From: an uncultured delta proteobacterium | GTDB taxonomy: Bacteria > Desulfobacterota > Desulfobacteria > Desulfobacterales > Desulfosalsimonadaceae | Direction of reading: 5' to 3' | Length of the DNA stretch: 64,000 nucleotides | Assembly: GCA_963826785.1 (NCBI GenBank) | Contig: CAWGYD010000001.1 | Location: 768,001-832,000, forward strand | Part shown: positions 19,028 through 28,988 of the stretch, piece after piece | Layout: every line of letters begins with the position of its first letter | Position numbering within the stretch: position 1 is the stretch's first letter | The notes under the pieces: model-generated | The model's input: only the letters and a program-made list of their open reading frames with translations | Told to the model about the DNA's origin: nothing | Database searches by the model: none | Translations under genes and position numbers: made by a program

Positions 19028-20926
19028 ATGAATCCGAGCACAGCATTGAAGATCGACACCCGGCGCCTGAATTCTGCCGAGGATGTAAACGCGCTGAGAC
19101 AACAGATTCTTGGAAGCCGGGACCCGGACCGGCTCGAAATCGTTGTCTGCCATGGAACCGGGTGCATGGCCAACGGCAGCGCCAGGGTGGCCCGCTCCTT
19201 AAAAACCGCCCTGGAAGCCGCGGGAATCGATGCCAAAGTCATGCCGGGAATCAAGACCACCGGCTGCCAGGGGTTCTGCTCCCGCGGGCCGCTGGTGCTG
19301 ATCAAGCCGAAAGGCTTGTTTTATCAGCGCGTAAAGCCCGAGGATGCCGAGGAAATCGTCGCAAAAACCATTGTGGAAAATGAAACAATCAAACGGCTGC
19401 TGTACAAGGACCCCCATACGGGCGACACCATCGAGACCGAGCAGGAGATCCCGTTCTATCATCTCCAGGAGCGGATTGTATTGCATAACATCGGCAAGAT
19501 CGATCCCACCGATATCGAGGATACCATCGCCGCCGGTGGATACCAGGCACTGGCCAAAGCCCTGTCCGCGATGACACCGGAACAGGTGGTGGCGGAAATT
19601 GAAAAATCGGGCCTCCGGGGCCGGGGCGGCGCGGGTTTTCCCACCGGCCGCAAATGGCGCGGAGCGCTTGCGGCCGTGAAGAAAAAGGGGCGGCCCGTGT
19701 ATGTGGTGGTCAACGGGGACGAGGGGGATCCGGGCGCCTTCATGGACCGCACCATCATGGAAGGCGACCCCCATGCCGTGCTCGAAGGCCTGATTCTGGG
19801 CGCCTATGCCCTGGGCGCCGAAAAAGGGTATCTCTATGTGCGGGCGGAATACCCGCTGGCCATCAAGCATCTGGAGATGGCCATGGCCCAGGCCCGGGCA
19901 TACGGACTGCTGGGAGAAAACATATTAAATTCCGGGTTTTCCTTCGATGCCCAGATCAACCGCGGGGCCGGCGCTTTTGTGTGCGGTGAATCCACCGCCC
20001 TGTTTACTTCCATCGAAGGAAAACCCGGCAATCCGAGACCCAAATATGTGCGCTCCGTGGAAGAGGGCCTCTGGGGCCGGCCCACGGTGCTCAATAACGT
20101 GGAAACCTGGGCCAATGTCCCCCTCATCATCGACAGGGGCGCGGACTGGTATTCCGGCCTGGGCGTGTCCACCTCCACCGGCACCAAGGTCTTTTCCCTG
20201 GTGGGCAAGGTCAACAACGTCGGCCTGGTGGAAGTGCCCATGGGAACGCCCCTGGGTAAAATCGTGGAAGATATCGGCGGTGGGCTGCCTTCCGGCAAAC
20301 CGTTCAAGGCGGTGCAGACCGGCGGCCCTTCCGGCGGATGCATCCCCTATGATTTGAAGGATCTGCCCGTTGATTTCGATTCCCTCACCAATGCCGGTTC
20401 CATGATGGGCTCGGGCGCCATGATCGTCATGGATGACCGGGACTGTGTTGTGGACGTGGCCCGCTATTTTCTGCGGTTTCTGGAGGAGGAATCCTGCGGC
20501 AAGTGCCTTCCCTGCCGTTTGGGGCTTACCCGGATGCGGGAAATCCTGGACAATTTTTCACATGGCTGCGGCAGCGAGCAGGACATCGACGACCTGACCA
20601 GCCTGGCCCAGGCCGTTCAGGATGGGGCGCTGTGCGCCCTGGGCAGCAGTGCGCCCAACCCCTGTCTCACCACCATCAAGTTCTTCAAGGACGAATATAT
20701 CGCCCATGTGCAGGATCATAAATGCCCGGCCGGCGTCTGCAAGGATTTGATTACCTACAGCATCGATCCCGAGGCCTGCACCGGATGCCGCAGCTGCGCG
20801 CGCCAGTGCCCCCAGGGATGCATCAGCGGTGAAAAGAAAAAGCCGCATCAGATCGATGCGGATCAGTGCATCCGGTGCGGCATCTGCATGGAAAGCTGCA
20901 AGTTCGACGCTGTGCGCGTAATTTAG
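19028..20926 (+). CDS. NuoF/HydB-like FMN/NADH-binding subunit with thioredoxin-like 2Fe-2S and C-terminal 2x4Fe-4S
   Basis: GLRGRGGAGFPTG, NGDEGDPGAFMDR, GAFVCGES, ESCGKCLPCR. Confidence 0.95.
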   Translation: MNPSTALKIDTRRLNSAEDVNALRQQILGSRDPDRLEIVVCHGTGCMANGSARVARSLKTALEAAGIDAKVMPGIKTTGCQGFCSRGPLVLIKPKGLFYQRVKPEDAEEIVAKTIVENETIKRLLYKDPHTGDTIETEQEIPFYHLQERIVLHNIGKIDPTDIEDTIAAGGYQALAKALSAMTPEQVVAEIEKSGLRGRGGAGFPTGRKWRGALAAVKKKGRPVYVVVNGDEGDPGAFMDRTIMEGDPHAVLEGLILGAYALGAEKGYLYVRAEYPLAIKHLEMAMAQARAYGLLGENILNSGFSFDAQINRGAGAFVCGESTALFTSIEGKPGNPRPKYVRSVEEGLWGRPTVLNNVETWANVPLIIDRGADWYSGLGVSTSTGTKVFSLVGKVNNVGLVEVPMGTPLGKIVEDIGGGLPSGKPFKAVQTGGPSGGCIPYDLKDLPVDFDSLTNAGSMMGSGAMIVMDDRDCVVDVARYFLRFLEEESCGKCLPCRLGLTRMREILDNFSHGCGSEQDIDDLTSLAQAVQDGALCALGSSAPNPCLTTIKFFKDEYIAHVQDHKCPAGVCKDLITYSIDPEACTGCRSCARQCPQGCISGEKKKPHQIDADQCIRCGICMESCKFDAVRVI

Positions 20927-20956
20927 GAACCTCAACAGAACGGGAGATCTATCAAA

Positions 20957-21562
20957 ATGATCAAATTCCATATCAACGGATCTGAAGTCGAAGCGGAACC
21001 GGGCTGGACGGTGCTCGAAACTGCGCGCCATTACGGGATTGAAATCCCCACGCTCTGTTACCATGAAGCGGTGTCCGCCAGCGGCGCCTGCCGGCTCTGC
21101 ATGGTGGAACTCAGAGAAGGCAAATGGTCGAAGCTGGTGGCGTCCTGTATCTACCCGGTCAAGGACGGCATCGAGATCCACACGGAAACCGAGCGTGTCA
21201 GCAACGTCCGCCGCTGGATATTCGAAATGCTGCTGGCCCAGTGCCCGGCAAGCCCTGAAATCCGGGAGATGGCCAAAAAATACGGCGTGGTGTCCACCCG
21301 CTTTTCGGCGAACAACCCGGATGAGGACTGCATGGTCTGCGGTCTGTGCACCCGGGCCTGCGAGGAAATCGTGGGCCTGTCCGCCATTTCCGTCATGGAC
21401 CGGGGCGTGTACAAAAAAATCGGTGCGCCCTTTTCAAGGCCCACTGAGATCTGCGTGGCCTGCGGCTGCTGCGTGACCATCTGCCCCACCGGCGCCATGC
21501 GCCGGCTGATCGAGTCGGTCCGTGAAACCCCGGCCGTTAAACTGACCCCTTTGGCCCTGTAA
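20957..21562 (+). CDS. NuoG N-terminal-like Fe-S protein (no catalytic domain)
   Basis: IPTLCYH, GACRLCMVE, CMVCGLCTRAC, CVACGCCVTICP; only 201 aa. Confidence 0.9.
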   Translation: MIKFHINGSEVEAEPGWTVLETARHYGIEIPTLCYHEAVSASGACRLCMVELREGKWSKLVASCIYPVKDGIEIHTETERVSNVRRWIFEMLLAQCPASPEIREMAKKYGVVSTRFSANNPDEDCMVCGLCTRACEEIVGLSAISVMDRGVYKKIGAPFSRPTEICVACGCCVTICPTGAMRRLIESVRETPAVKLTPLAL

Positions 21563-21576
21563 ATAAGGAGAGAGCC

Positions 21577-24012
21577 ATGAGCAATCCCAGAATCGGCGTA
21601 TTTTTGTGCAGATGCGGAGAAAAGATCGAACCCTTGGTCGATCTGGCCGCATTCAAGGAAAAAGTGAAAAAAGATCCGGCGGTCGCCTGCTGCGACATCC
21701 TGCCGTATCCCTGCCTGGAACCCGGCATGGACCACATATTGAAGCAGATCCGGGAAAAGGGCATCAACCGGCTCATCGTGGCCGGGTGTGAAAACCGGCT
21801 GATGCTGAAAAAATTCGAGCGGAAAATGGAACCGGAAGGAATCAAAAAAGGGCAGGTGGATGTGATCAATATCCGGGGCCATGTGGCCGCGGTCAGCGAT
21901 GAAACCCCGGCCCGGAAAGCGGAGAAGGGCGCCAAGCTGGTCCTCGCCTCGGTGGCTGAAATGGCCGCCATGCAGCCGAGCATCCAGAAATCCGTTTCCG
22001 TAACTTATCCGCCCCTCATCGTGGGCGGCGGCATCGCCTCGTTCAGCGCGGCCCAGGAACTGGTCCGCCAGGGGATCGACTGCCTGATCTCAGTTGAAGA
22101 AACAGATCCGGAGGTCATCCTTCAGAATCTGTACAGGACCTATCCAGGGGAGCGCATCAATTACGGCCGTTTGAAGAGCCTGATCTCTACTGTGGTTGAA
22201 AATCCCCATGTCACCATCCTTCCGCCGGGGCAGCTGTCCGGGCTGGCCGGAGTGACCGGGGACTATGCCCTCACCTTTTCGGATGCAGAGACCATGACCG
22301 GCCGGACATACAGGGCCGGCACCGTTATCGCCTGTCTGGACGGCGAATTGTCGTCTCCCGGCCCGGAATTTGGATATGACGGAAAGACGGTGGTGTGCCA
22401 GACAGAGTTTGAACACAGGGTTTTCAATCAGCAGCTTCCCGAAGGAAACACGGTTTTCTGGATCAATGACTACGAGCACGGCCAGCCGGAAAACGCCCAG
22501 CTTTCGGGCCGGACCGCCTGGAACATCGGGAGGCACATCCTGGAAAATTCACCCAAAGCCCGGGTGGTCATTTTGTACAACGAGCAGATGGCCCTTCCCA
22601 TCAGCACGGCGGAGCGCAACATCAGCCGAAAACTCGGGATGATCTGGGTTCCCTATGATAAGTCGGTCCAGCCGATCCTCCAGGCCGGGTTTATCAATTT
22701 CGGGGGCATCAACGATCACCTGGAGCATGAGCTGCCCTGGGATCACCTGGTGCTCTCCCCCGTGCGCAAGATCGGCCCCGCGGCCATGAAGACGGCCCGG
22801 ATACTGGGCATCGTCCATGAGGACAGCCAGTTTCTGGGCATCCACCATGCCCGGGTGCGGCCGGAAATGGTCGGCCGCGAAGAAACCTACCTGGCCGGCA
22901 GTGCCCGGTATGCCTGTGATCTGACCGATGCGCTCGGCCAGGGGAGAAAAGCCGGAAAAAAGAACGCGGAAATGATCGAAAAATCGAAAGCCGGCAATTT
23001 ATTTGCGCCCCGGGTGGTGTGCGTGGTGGATACGGACAAGTGCGTGGGGTGCGGACAGTGCCAGGAGCTGTGCGACTGCGGCGGCATCGGCGTGGCCGAA
23101 GGGAACGGCGGCGGCCTGCCCCGGGTTGTGGACCCCATGGTCTGCACCGGCGGGGGCACCTGCGCGGCGGCCTGCCCGTACAATGCCCTGACGCTTCAAA
23201 ACAATACCAATGACCAGCGGGAAGCCCGGGTGGCCGCCCTGGCCAGGCAGATGGCCGATGATGAGTTCGTGGCCTTTGCCTGCTCCTGGGCGGGACTCCC
23301 GGCGGCGGACAATGCCGGAAACCGGGGCATGAAATACAACCCCCGGATTCACATGATCGGGGTGCCCTGCCTGGGGCAGATCGATCCGAGCGTCATGGCA
23401 CGGGCTTTTGTGGAAGGAGCACCGGGGCTGCTGCTGGTGGGGTGCGTACCCGAGGACTGCCATCATTCCTTTGGCATCGACCATGCCTGGAGCCGGGTCA
23501 ACCTGATGAAAAAGCTTTTCCTTTTGTGCGGGTTTGACCGGAACCGGATCACCATCGCCCATGCCGACCTGAACCAGCCGGAGGAATTCATCAAGACCGT
23601 GGACAGCTTTTCCAAGATGATCACCGCCCTGGGGCCCATTGAAAAATCTCCGGCCAATCAGGAGAAGCTGGAAAGCATCTACCGTCTGGTCAAATACAAC
23701 TCGCGCATCCGCCTGCTGCTTTCCGCCGGACTGCGGCGGCCCTGGGAGAATACCTACCGGGGGGATCAGCGGTTTGCGCTGCAGTACGACCGGGAGGATT
23801 TCATCACCGCAGTCAAGGAGGAACTGGTCAAGTCCCGCCTGGAAGGGATCTTCCTGACATCGAAAACGCAGCCATTCGACATTGATCACCTGAAGGAACT
23901 CATCTGCGAAGAAAAGCAGCAGGTGCTTTCACAGCTGTCGGAAATGGTCTCGGAAGGCACGATCAGCGTCCGATATCAGAAGGGCAAACCCTACTACCTG
24001 TGGCCCAATTAG
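21577..24012 (+). CDS. HdrA-like/MvhD fusion protein with C-terminal helical extension
   Basis: RIGVFLCRCG, IVAGC, IVGGGIA, two 4Fe-4S motifs, MvhD motifs FACSWAG/VPCLG/GCVPEDCHH. Confidence 0.85.
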   Translation: MSNPRIGVFLCRCGEKIEPLVDLAAFKEKVKKDPAVACCDILPYPCLEPGMDHILKQIREKGINRLIVAGCENRLMLKKFERKMEPEGIKKGQVDVINIRGHVAAVSDETPARKAEKGAKLVLASVAEMAAMQPSIQKSVSVTYPPLIVGGGIASFSAAQELVRQGIDCLISVEETDPEVILQNLYRTYPGERINYGRLKSLISTVVENPHVTILPPGQLSGLAGVTGDYALTFSDAETMTGRTYRAGTVIACLDGELSSPGPEFGYDGKTVVCQTEFEHRVFNQQLPEGNTVFWINDYEHGQPENAQLSGRTAWNIGRHILENSPKARVVILYNEQMALPISTAERNISRKLGMIWVPYDKSVQPILQAGFINFGGINDHLEHELPWDHLVLSPVRKIGPAAMKTARILGIVHEDSQFLGIHHARVRPEMVGREETYLAGSARYACDLTDALGQGRKAGKKNAEMIEKSKAGNLFAPRVVCVVDTDKCVGCGQCQELCDCGGIGVAEGNGGGLPRVVDPMVCTGGGTCAAACPYNALTLQNNTNDQREARVAALARQMADDEFVAFACSWAGLPAADNAGNRGMKYNPRIHMIGVPCLGQIDPSVMARAFVEGAPGLLLVGCVPEDCHHSFGIDHAWSRVNLMKKLFLLCGFDRNRITIAHADLNQPEEFIKTVDSFSKMITALGPIEKSPANQEKLESIYRLVKYNSRIRLLLSAGLRRPWENTYRGDQRFALQYDREDFITAVKEELVKSRLEGIFLTSKTQPFDIDHLKELICEEKQQVLSQLSEMVSEGTISVRYQKGKPYYLWPN

Positions 24013-24513
24013 CCTTGTGCCGGATTCGATGCATGCCCCGTCCTGCTGCAGATTTCATGTTTGGTTTCGGAAGGTGCATGCATCAGCCAGGCATTTCGGT
24101 TTTGTTTTTCCGGAGAAATTCGTGTGAACATATTTTCAAAAGATCTCGTAACGTATTTTCACGTCATGCCTGGGAAGGCAGCCTTTCGTAAATACCCGTC
24201 ATCACGGTGTTCCCGTCTTAACGGGAATGGCGGCAGCCAGGCTTTCCATGCTTTTTACGATTTTATCAAATTTATTATTGCAAAAAGAAGGTGTTGATTA
24301 TAAAAAATGCAGTTCCGTGCGGAACGCCATCATCTCAAAGGCCGATATTGTTCGAATATCAACGCCTGTGAATAAGTTCTTGATGCAAATAAGTCCCACA
24401 GTGTGGTATAAGATTTTTTAAAAAGTTTATCAAACACTGGCGAAAATTTCATGGAACCGCCGTTTTATTTATTAGGCTGCACCCCTGGTCGGTGGGTTCC
24501 TGGACGCATTCAA

Positions 24514-24559
24514 CGGCTTCCTGCCCGCGGATATCTCACAGGCAGGAAGCCGCAATTTT
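24514..24559 (+). terminator. strong hairpin/terminator between the nuo-hdrA and hmc operons
   Basis: CGGCTTCCTGCC / GGCAGGAAGCCG perfect 12-bp arms followed by AATTTT. Confidence 0.6.
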
Positions 24560-24904
24560 AATTATTTGAAAAGTAAGCATGGAGCCTGCCCGAGATCATT
24601 TGCACCGCTCGATGGATCGGTTTTTCCGCCAGGGGCGATGGGACATCTGTTTTCCTGTCCGGCAAAAGCACACCCGCTGCCGGACAGAGGCGCTGAAGCG
24701 CAAGATGTATTCAATGCGTTTCAGTCCGCCTGTCCTTTATTCAAAACACATTTACGGGCGCAGGGTTTTCCTTCCATATATTTGTCATCCAGATCACAAA
24801 ACTTCATTGCTGCCCTTCCTTTTGTCCGGAGGCCATATCTTTCCGGATGTGCGATTTGGGGCAGGCTTGAACCGTTTGTAATATTTTTGAAGGATTAGTG
24901 GAAT

Positions 24905-26494
24905 ATGAAGAGGAGAAAACATCTGGTGGGTTTGGCCTGTATGTTATCGATTGCCAGTGTCGGTATTTTTTGTACCCACCTGTACGGGGTGCAGCAGAAT
25001 TTGACGGATTCTGCCCGGTCCCGTACCGACCTGATCAAAATTGACGGCATGAGTGCTTTCGGCCCGCTTGAAAAATCGCCTGTCGAATTTCTCCATGACG
25101 CGCACACCAAAGCCCTGTCCGGGAAGAACAAGGACTGCAGCGTCTGCCACCTGAAAGACAATGAGGGCATGTCCGTAAAGTTCCTGCGAATCAAGGATAC
25201 GGACCGGATCGAGGTGATGAACGTTTACCATAAAGGATGCATTTCCTGCCACGGGGAAATGAAACTGGCCAACGAGAAGGCCGGGCCCACCGAATGCGAT
25301 GAATGTCATCGGGACAAATCAGAATATTCATCCGCGCAGCAACCCATGGGTTTTGATAAATCCCTGCACTTTCGCCACGTGGAGGCACAGCAGAAGAAAT
25401 GTGAACGGTGCCATCACGAGTACGATGAAAAGCAGAAAAAGCTTTTTTACGCCAAGGGAAAAGAAGGGACCTGCCGCTACTGCCATCTGCCGGAAACCCG
25501 AGACAATGTTATCTCCATGCGCCTGGCATCCCATACGGCCTGCGTCAACTGCCACAGCAAAAATATTTCGCAGAATCTGAGCAGCGGCCCGGTAACGTGC
25601 GCGGGGTGCCATGATCGGGCGGCCCAGGCAAAAATCAAAAAAATATCTCCCGTGCCGAGAATGGATCGAAACCAGCCGGATATGGTCTTGATCAAGACGC
25701 AGGCGAAAGCGGCGGCTGCCGATGTCAATCAAGAGCCAAACCGGATGAAATTCGTTCCTTTTGATCACAAATTGCACGAACAATATAACGAAACCTGCCG
25801 GGTCTGCCACCATGAAAGCCTGCAGCCGTGCAATGAATGCCATACCCTTGCCGGAAAAAAGGAGGGCGAGGGCGTCAATCTCGAAAATGCCATGCATCGG
25901 GTTGACGCATCAGAAAGCTGCATGGGATGCCATGAGATCCGGCAGGCATCGCAGGACTGCGCGGGCTGCCATGCCCCCATGGGCAGGACCCGCGTAAAAG
26001 AAGACGATTCCTGCCAAAGCTGCCACATGATGCCGGTGCCTGAAACGAAACAGGGGATGAGCCCCGATCAGGAAAAATTGCTGGCATCGGCAATGCTGAA
26101 GAACAGAAAACCGGTAAGCGGCACATACCCGGAAAATGATATACCGGAAAAGGTGACCGTCGGGCATCTTTCCAAAGAATATGAACCGGTTGAGTTTCCG
26201 CACCGCAAAATCGTTCATGCCCTTGCCGAAAGAATCAAGGATGACAAGCTGGCCGGCTATTTTCACAGCGGGGAAGGGACCCTCTGCAAGGGATGCCACC
26301 ATCACAGCCCGGCCGCCAAAAAGCCGCCGCAATGCAGAAGTTGTCATGGCCAGTCCTTTGATGAAACCAATCCGTTAAAACCCGGGATCATGGGCGCCTA
26401 TCACCAGCAGTGCATGGGTTGCCACCAGGAGATGGGCATCAAAAAACCCGCCGGGTGCACTGAATGCCATCAAAAAAAGACGAATCAATTGTAG
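24905..26494 (+). CDS. hmcA: high-molecular-weight 16-haem cytochrome c
   Basis: 16 CxxCH motifs counted; signal peptide; c3-type FxH motifs. Confidence 0.93.
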   Translation: MKRRKHLVGLACMLSIASVGIFCTHLYGVQQNLTDSARSRTDLIKIDGMSAFGPLEKSPVEFLHDAHTKALSGKNKDCSVCHLKDNEGMSVKFLRIKDTDRIEVMNVYHKGCISCHGEMKLANEKAGPTECDECHRDKSEYSSAQQPMGFDKSLHFRHVEAQQKKCERCHHEYDEKQKKLFYAKGKEGTCRYCHLPETRDNVISMRLASHTACVNCHSKNISQNLSSGPVTCAGCHDRAAQAKIKKISPVPRMDRNQPDMVLIKTQAKAAAADVNQEPNRMKFVPFDHKLHEQYNETCRVCHHESLQPCNECHTLAGKKEGEGVNLENAMHRVDASESCMGCHEIRQASQDCAGCHAPMGRTRVKEDDSCQSCHMMPVPETKQGMSPDQEKLLASAMLKNRKPVSGTYPENDIPEKVTVGHLSKEYEPVEFPHRKIVHALAERIKDDKLAGYFHSGEGTLCKGCHHHSPAAKKPPQCRSCHGQSFDETNPLKPGIMGAYHQQCMGCHQEMGIKKPAGCTECHQKKTNQL

Positions 26495-26509
26495 GCTGAG
26501 GTATTTCGT

Positions 26510-27550
26510 ATGTCCATATCACGAAGAAAGTTTCTATGGTGGATCGGCGCAGCGGGCCTGGGAACCACCGTGGGCAAATCGGCGATTGCCGGCGGCAATA
26601 AACATTTCGAGGGATACCCCGACAGTTTCGGCGTTCTGCACGACATCACCCAGTGCGTCGGATGCCGGAGCTGCGAGGCGGCCTGTGCCCGGGTCAATGA
26701 CCTCCCCACGCCGGACAGGCCGTTTACGGATCTTTCCGTTCTCAAGGAGAAAAGAAGAACAACGGCTTCTTCCTATACAGTGGTCAATAAATTTGAAGTC
26801 CCGGGTCAAAAATCACCTCTGTTTGTCAAAAAGCAGTGCAATCACTGCCTGGAGCCCGCATGTGCATCGGCATGTTTTGTGAGGGCTTTTCAAAAAACGG
26901 AAACCGGGGCGGTCACCTATGATCCCGGCGTATGCGTAGGGTGCCGGTACTGCATGATTGCCTGCCCGTTCGAGATCCCGACCTATGAATATGATGAGGC
27001 GTTTTCCCCCCGGGTCATGAAATGCACCATGTGCTATCCCCGGGTGATCAAGGGGGAGCTTCCCGCATGTGTCGCGGCCTGCCCGAAAGAGGCGCTTACC
27101 TTCGGACGGCGGGAAGATCTGATCACCATCGCCCGGTCCCGGATCCGCAAATACCCGGACAGGTATGTCGATCACATCTACGGCGAAACCGAAATGGGCG
27201 GGACCAGCTGGCTGTATCTTTCGAGCGTGCCGTTTTCTCAAATCGGCATGCGCGAGGACCTGGGCATTACGCCGGCGCCCGAACTGACGTCCGGCGCGCT
27301 GTCGGCGGTTCCCGTGGTGGTCGGGCTGTGGCCGGTCCTGTTGATGGGATTGTTCGCCGTGTCCAAACGCAAGGAGAGCATTGCGCGGCAGGAAGTTGCC
27401 GAGGCGGTCCGGGCGGCTTCCGAAGATGCAGATTTAAAACTGGAAAAAGCCCTGGCAGATGCCGAACGCGAAAAAGCGGCGGCGGTTGAAAAAGCGGTTA
27501 AAAACGCACTTGGAAAAGATGACCGGCCCCGGAACAAGGAGGAAAACTGA
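26510..27550 (+). CDS. hmcB: Hmc Fe-S subunit (Tat-exported, NrfC/HybA-like)
   Basis: SRRKFL Tat motif; [37 protein letters not shown]-terminal TM. Confidence 0.9.
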   Translation: MSISRRKFLWWIGAAGLGTTVGKSAIAGGNKHFEGYPDSFGVLHDITQCVGCRSCEAACARVNDLPTPDRPFTDLSVLKEKRRTTASSYTVVNKFEVPGQKSPLFVKKQCNHCLEPACASACFVRAFQKTETGAVTYDPGVCVGCRYCMIACPFEIPTYEYDEAFSPRVMKCTMCYPRVIKGELPACVAACPKEALTFGRREDLITIARSRIRKYPDRYVDHIYGETEMGGTSWLYLSSVPFSQIGMREDLGITPAPELTSGALSAVPVVVGLWPVLLMGLFAVSKRKESIARQEVAEAVRAASEDADLKLEKALADAEREKAAAVEKAVKNALGKDDRPRNKEEN

Positions 27551-28722
27551 TGTCCGACAGCTCTGCCCTGGCGGCCAGATCATGGCTGACCCCTTTTAAT
27601 ATCGTGGCCGGCGCCATCATCATCCTGGGGATGATTCTCACCGTCATGAGATTCACCATGGGATTGGGGGCGGTCACCCATCTGTCCAATGACAACCCCT
27701 GGGGAATATGGATCGGGTTTGATCTGATGGTGGGCGTGGCGCTGGCGGCCGGCGGCTACGTCACATCGGCGGCCGTCTACCTTCTGGGAATGAAAAAATA
27801 TCACAGCGCGGTGCGGCCGGCGGTGCTGACGGGGTTTCTCGGTTATTCCCTGGTGGTGTTCGCGTTGACCTACGATGTGGGGCGGCCGTGGCGTCTGCCG
27901 TATCCATTTCTCGTACAGCAGGGGACCACCTCCTTTTTGTTTGAAGTGGCCCTGTGTGTTGCGCTCTACCTGACGGTTTTGTTCCTCGAGTTCATGCCGG
28001 CTCCCCTGGAATGGCTGGGCCTGAAAAAAGTAAGACAACTTGCCGTCCGGCTGACGCTGGCGCTGACGGTTTTAGGGGTTGTGCTTTCCACCCTCCATCA
28101 GTCTTCCCTGGGCGCCCTTTTCCTGATCGCGCCGTCAAAGCTTCACCCCCTGTGGTACTCGCCCTACCTGCCCGTATTTTTCTTCATCTCCAGCATCATC
28201 GCCGGATTGTCCATGGTGATCTTCGAGAGCACGCTTTCACATCGGTATTTCGCGGACAAAATGGATGCGGCGCATGAAAAGGAACATGAAGGCGTGACTC
28301 TTGGTTTCGGAAAAGCCGCGTCTTTGGTGCTTGCCGGCTACTTTTCCATAAAGGTGATGGGGATTGCCGGTTCAAATACCTGGAACCTGCTGACCACCCC
28401 CTATGGGCTCTGGTTTCTGGTCGAGTTGATGGGGTTCGTGGCCCTGCCTTCATTTTTGTATGCGGTCGGGGTTCGAAACCGGGATATTAAACTGATAAAA
28501 TGGACCGCCGCCTGGACGGTGCTCGGCATTGTCGTCAACCGGCTCAATGTCAGTCTGATTGCGTTCAACTGGCAGCTTCCGGCCAGCCAGCGATATTTCC
28601 CCAGCTGGATGGAAATCGCCACCTCGGTTTTTATCGTCACCGTCGGCATCGTTGTTTTCCGGTTTATCGTGACGCGAATGCCGATTTTCTATGCGCACCC
28701 GGATTACAAGGATACCCACTAG
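27550..28722 (+). CDS. hmcC: Hmc integral membrane subunit (NrfD/HybB family)
   Basis: PWGIWIGFD, DVGRPWR, LSTLHQSSLG, ~10 TM. Confidence 0.9.
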   Translation: MSDSSALAARSWLTPFNIVAGAIIILGMILTVMRFTMGLGAVTHLSNDNPWGIWIGFDLMVGVALAAGGYVTSAAVYLLGMKKYHSAVRPAVLTGFLGYSLVVFALTYDVGRPWRLPYPFLVQQGTTSFLFEVALCVALYLTVLFLEFMPAPLEWLGLKKVRQLAVRLTLALTVLGVVLSTLHQSSLGALFLIAPSKLHPLWYSPYLPVFFFISSIIAGLSMVIFESTLSHRYFADKMDAAHEKEHEGVTLGFGKAASLVLAGYFSIKVMGIAGSNTWNLLTTPYGLWFLVELMGFVALPSFLYAVGVRNRDIKLIKWTAAWTVLGIVVNRLNVSLIAFNWQLPASQRYFPSWMEIATSVFIVTVGIVVFRFIVTRMPIFYAHPDYKDTH

Positions 28723-28788
28723 CCGCATGGGCGAGGAAACCGGAAGGGGCAAGGCACCCAAAAAAGAATTCAAGGAGTCATTTTTCTG

Positions 28789-28929
28789 ATGGAAACCGTT
28801 TATTTCACTTCTCAGGACTTTTATACCCATACCAAAGGGGTTCTGTATCTGTTGATGTTTGCGGCTGTGATCGGGACTGCATTTTTCTGGAAATTCCTGT
28901 CCGGAAAGGATGACGAGGAAGCATCTTGA
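28789..28929 (+). CDS. hmcD: small single-TM Hmc subunit (46 aa; not in ORF track)
   Basis: METVYFTSQDFYTHTKGVLYLLMFAAVIGTAFFWKFLSGKDDEEAS; AGGAG upstream; position between hmcC and hmcE-like gene. Confidence 0.8.
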   Translation: METVYFTSQDFYTHTKGVLYLLMFAAVIGTAFFWKFLSGKDDEEAS

Positions 28930-28988
28930 ACCCGCATAAACGCAATCTGTCCGCTCACGGAAAAGGAATCTAAAAGGAAATCCGACAC

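Noticed and set aside
24119..24165. Rex-like boxes (TGTGAA..TTCAAA; TCGTAA..TTCACG)
   Set aside because: Half-site spacing is off and the sites are >700 bp from hmcA
24160..24272. Degenerate REP-like palindromic element (TTCCCG..CGGGAA; TTTTTACGATTTTATCAA)
   Set aside because: Only a partial echo at ~39512; too decayed to delimit without a genome search
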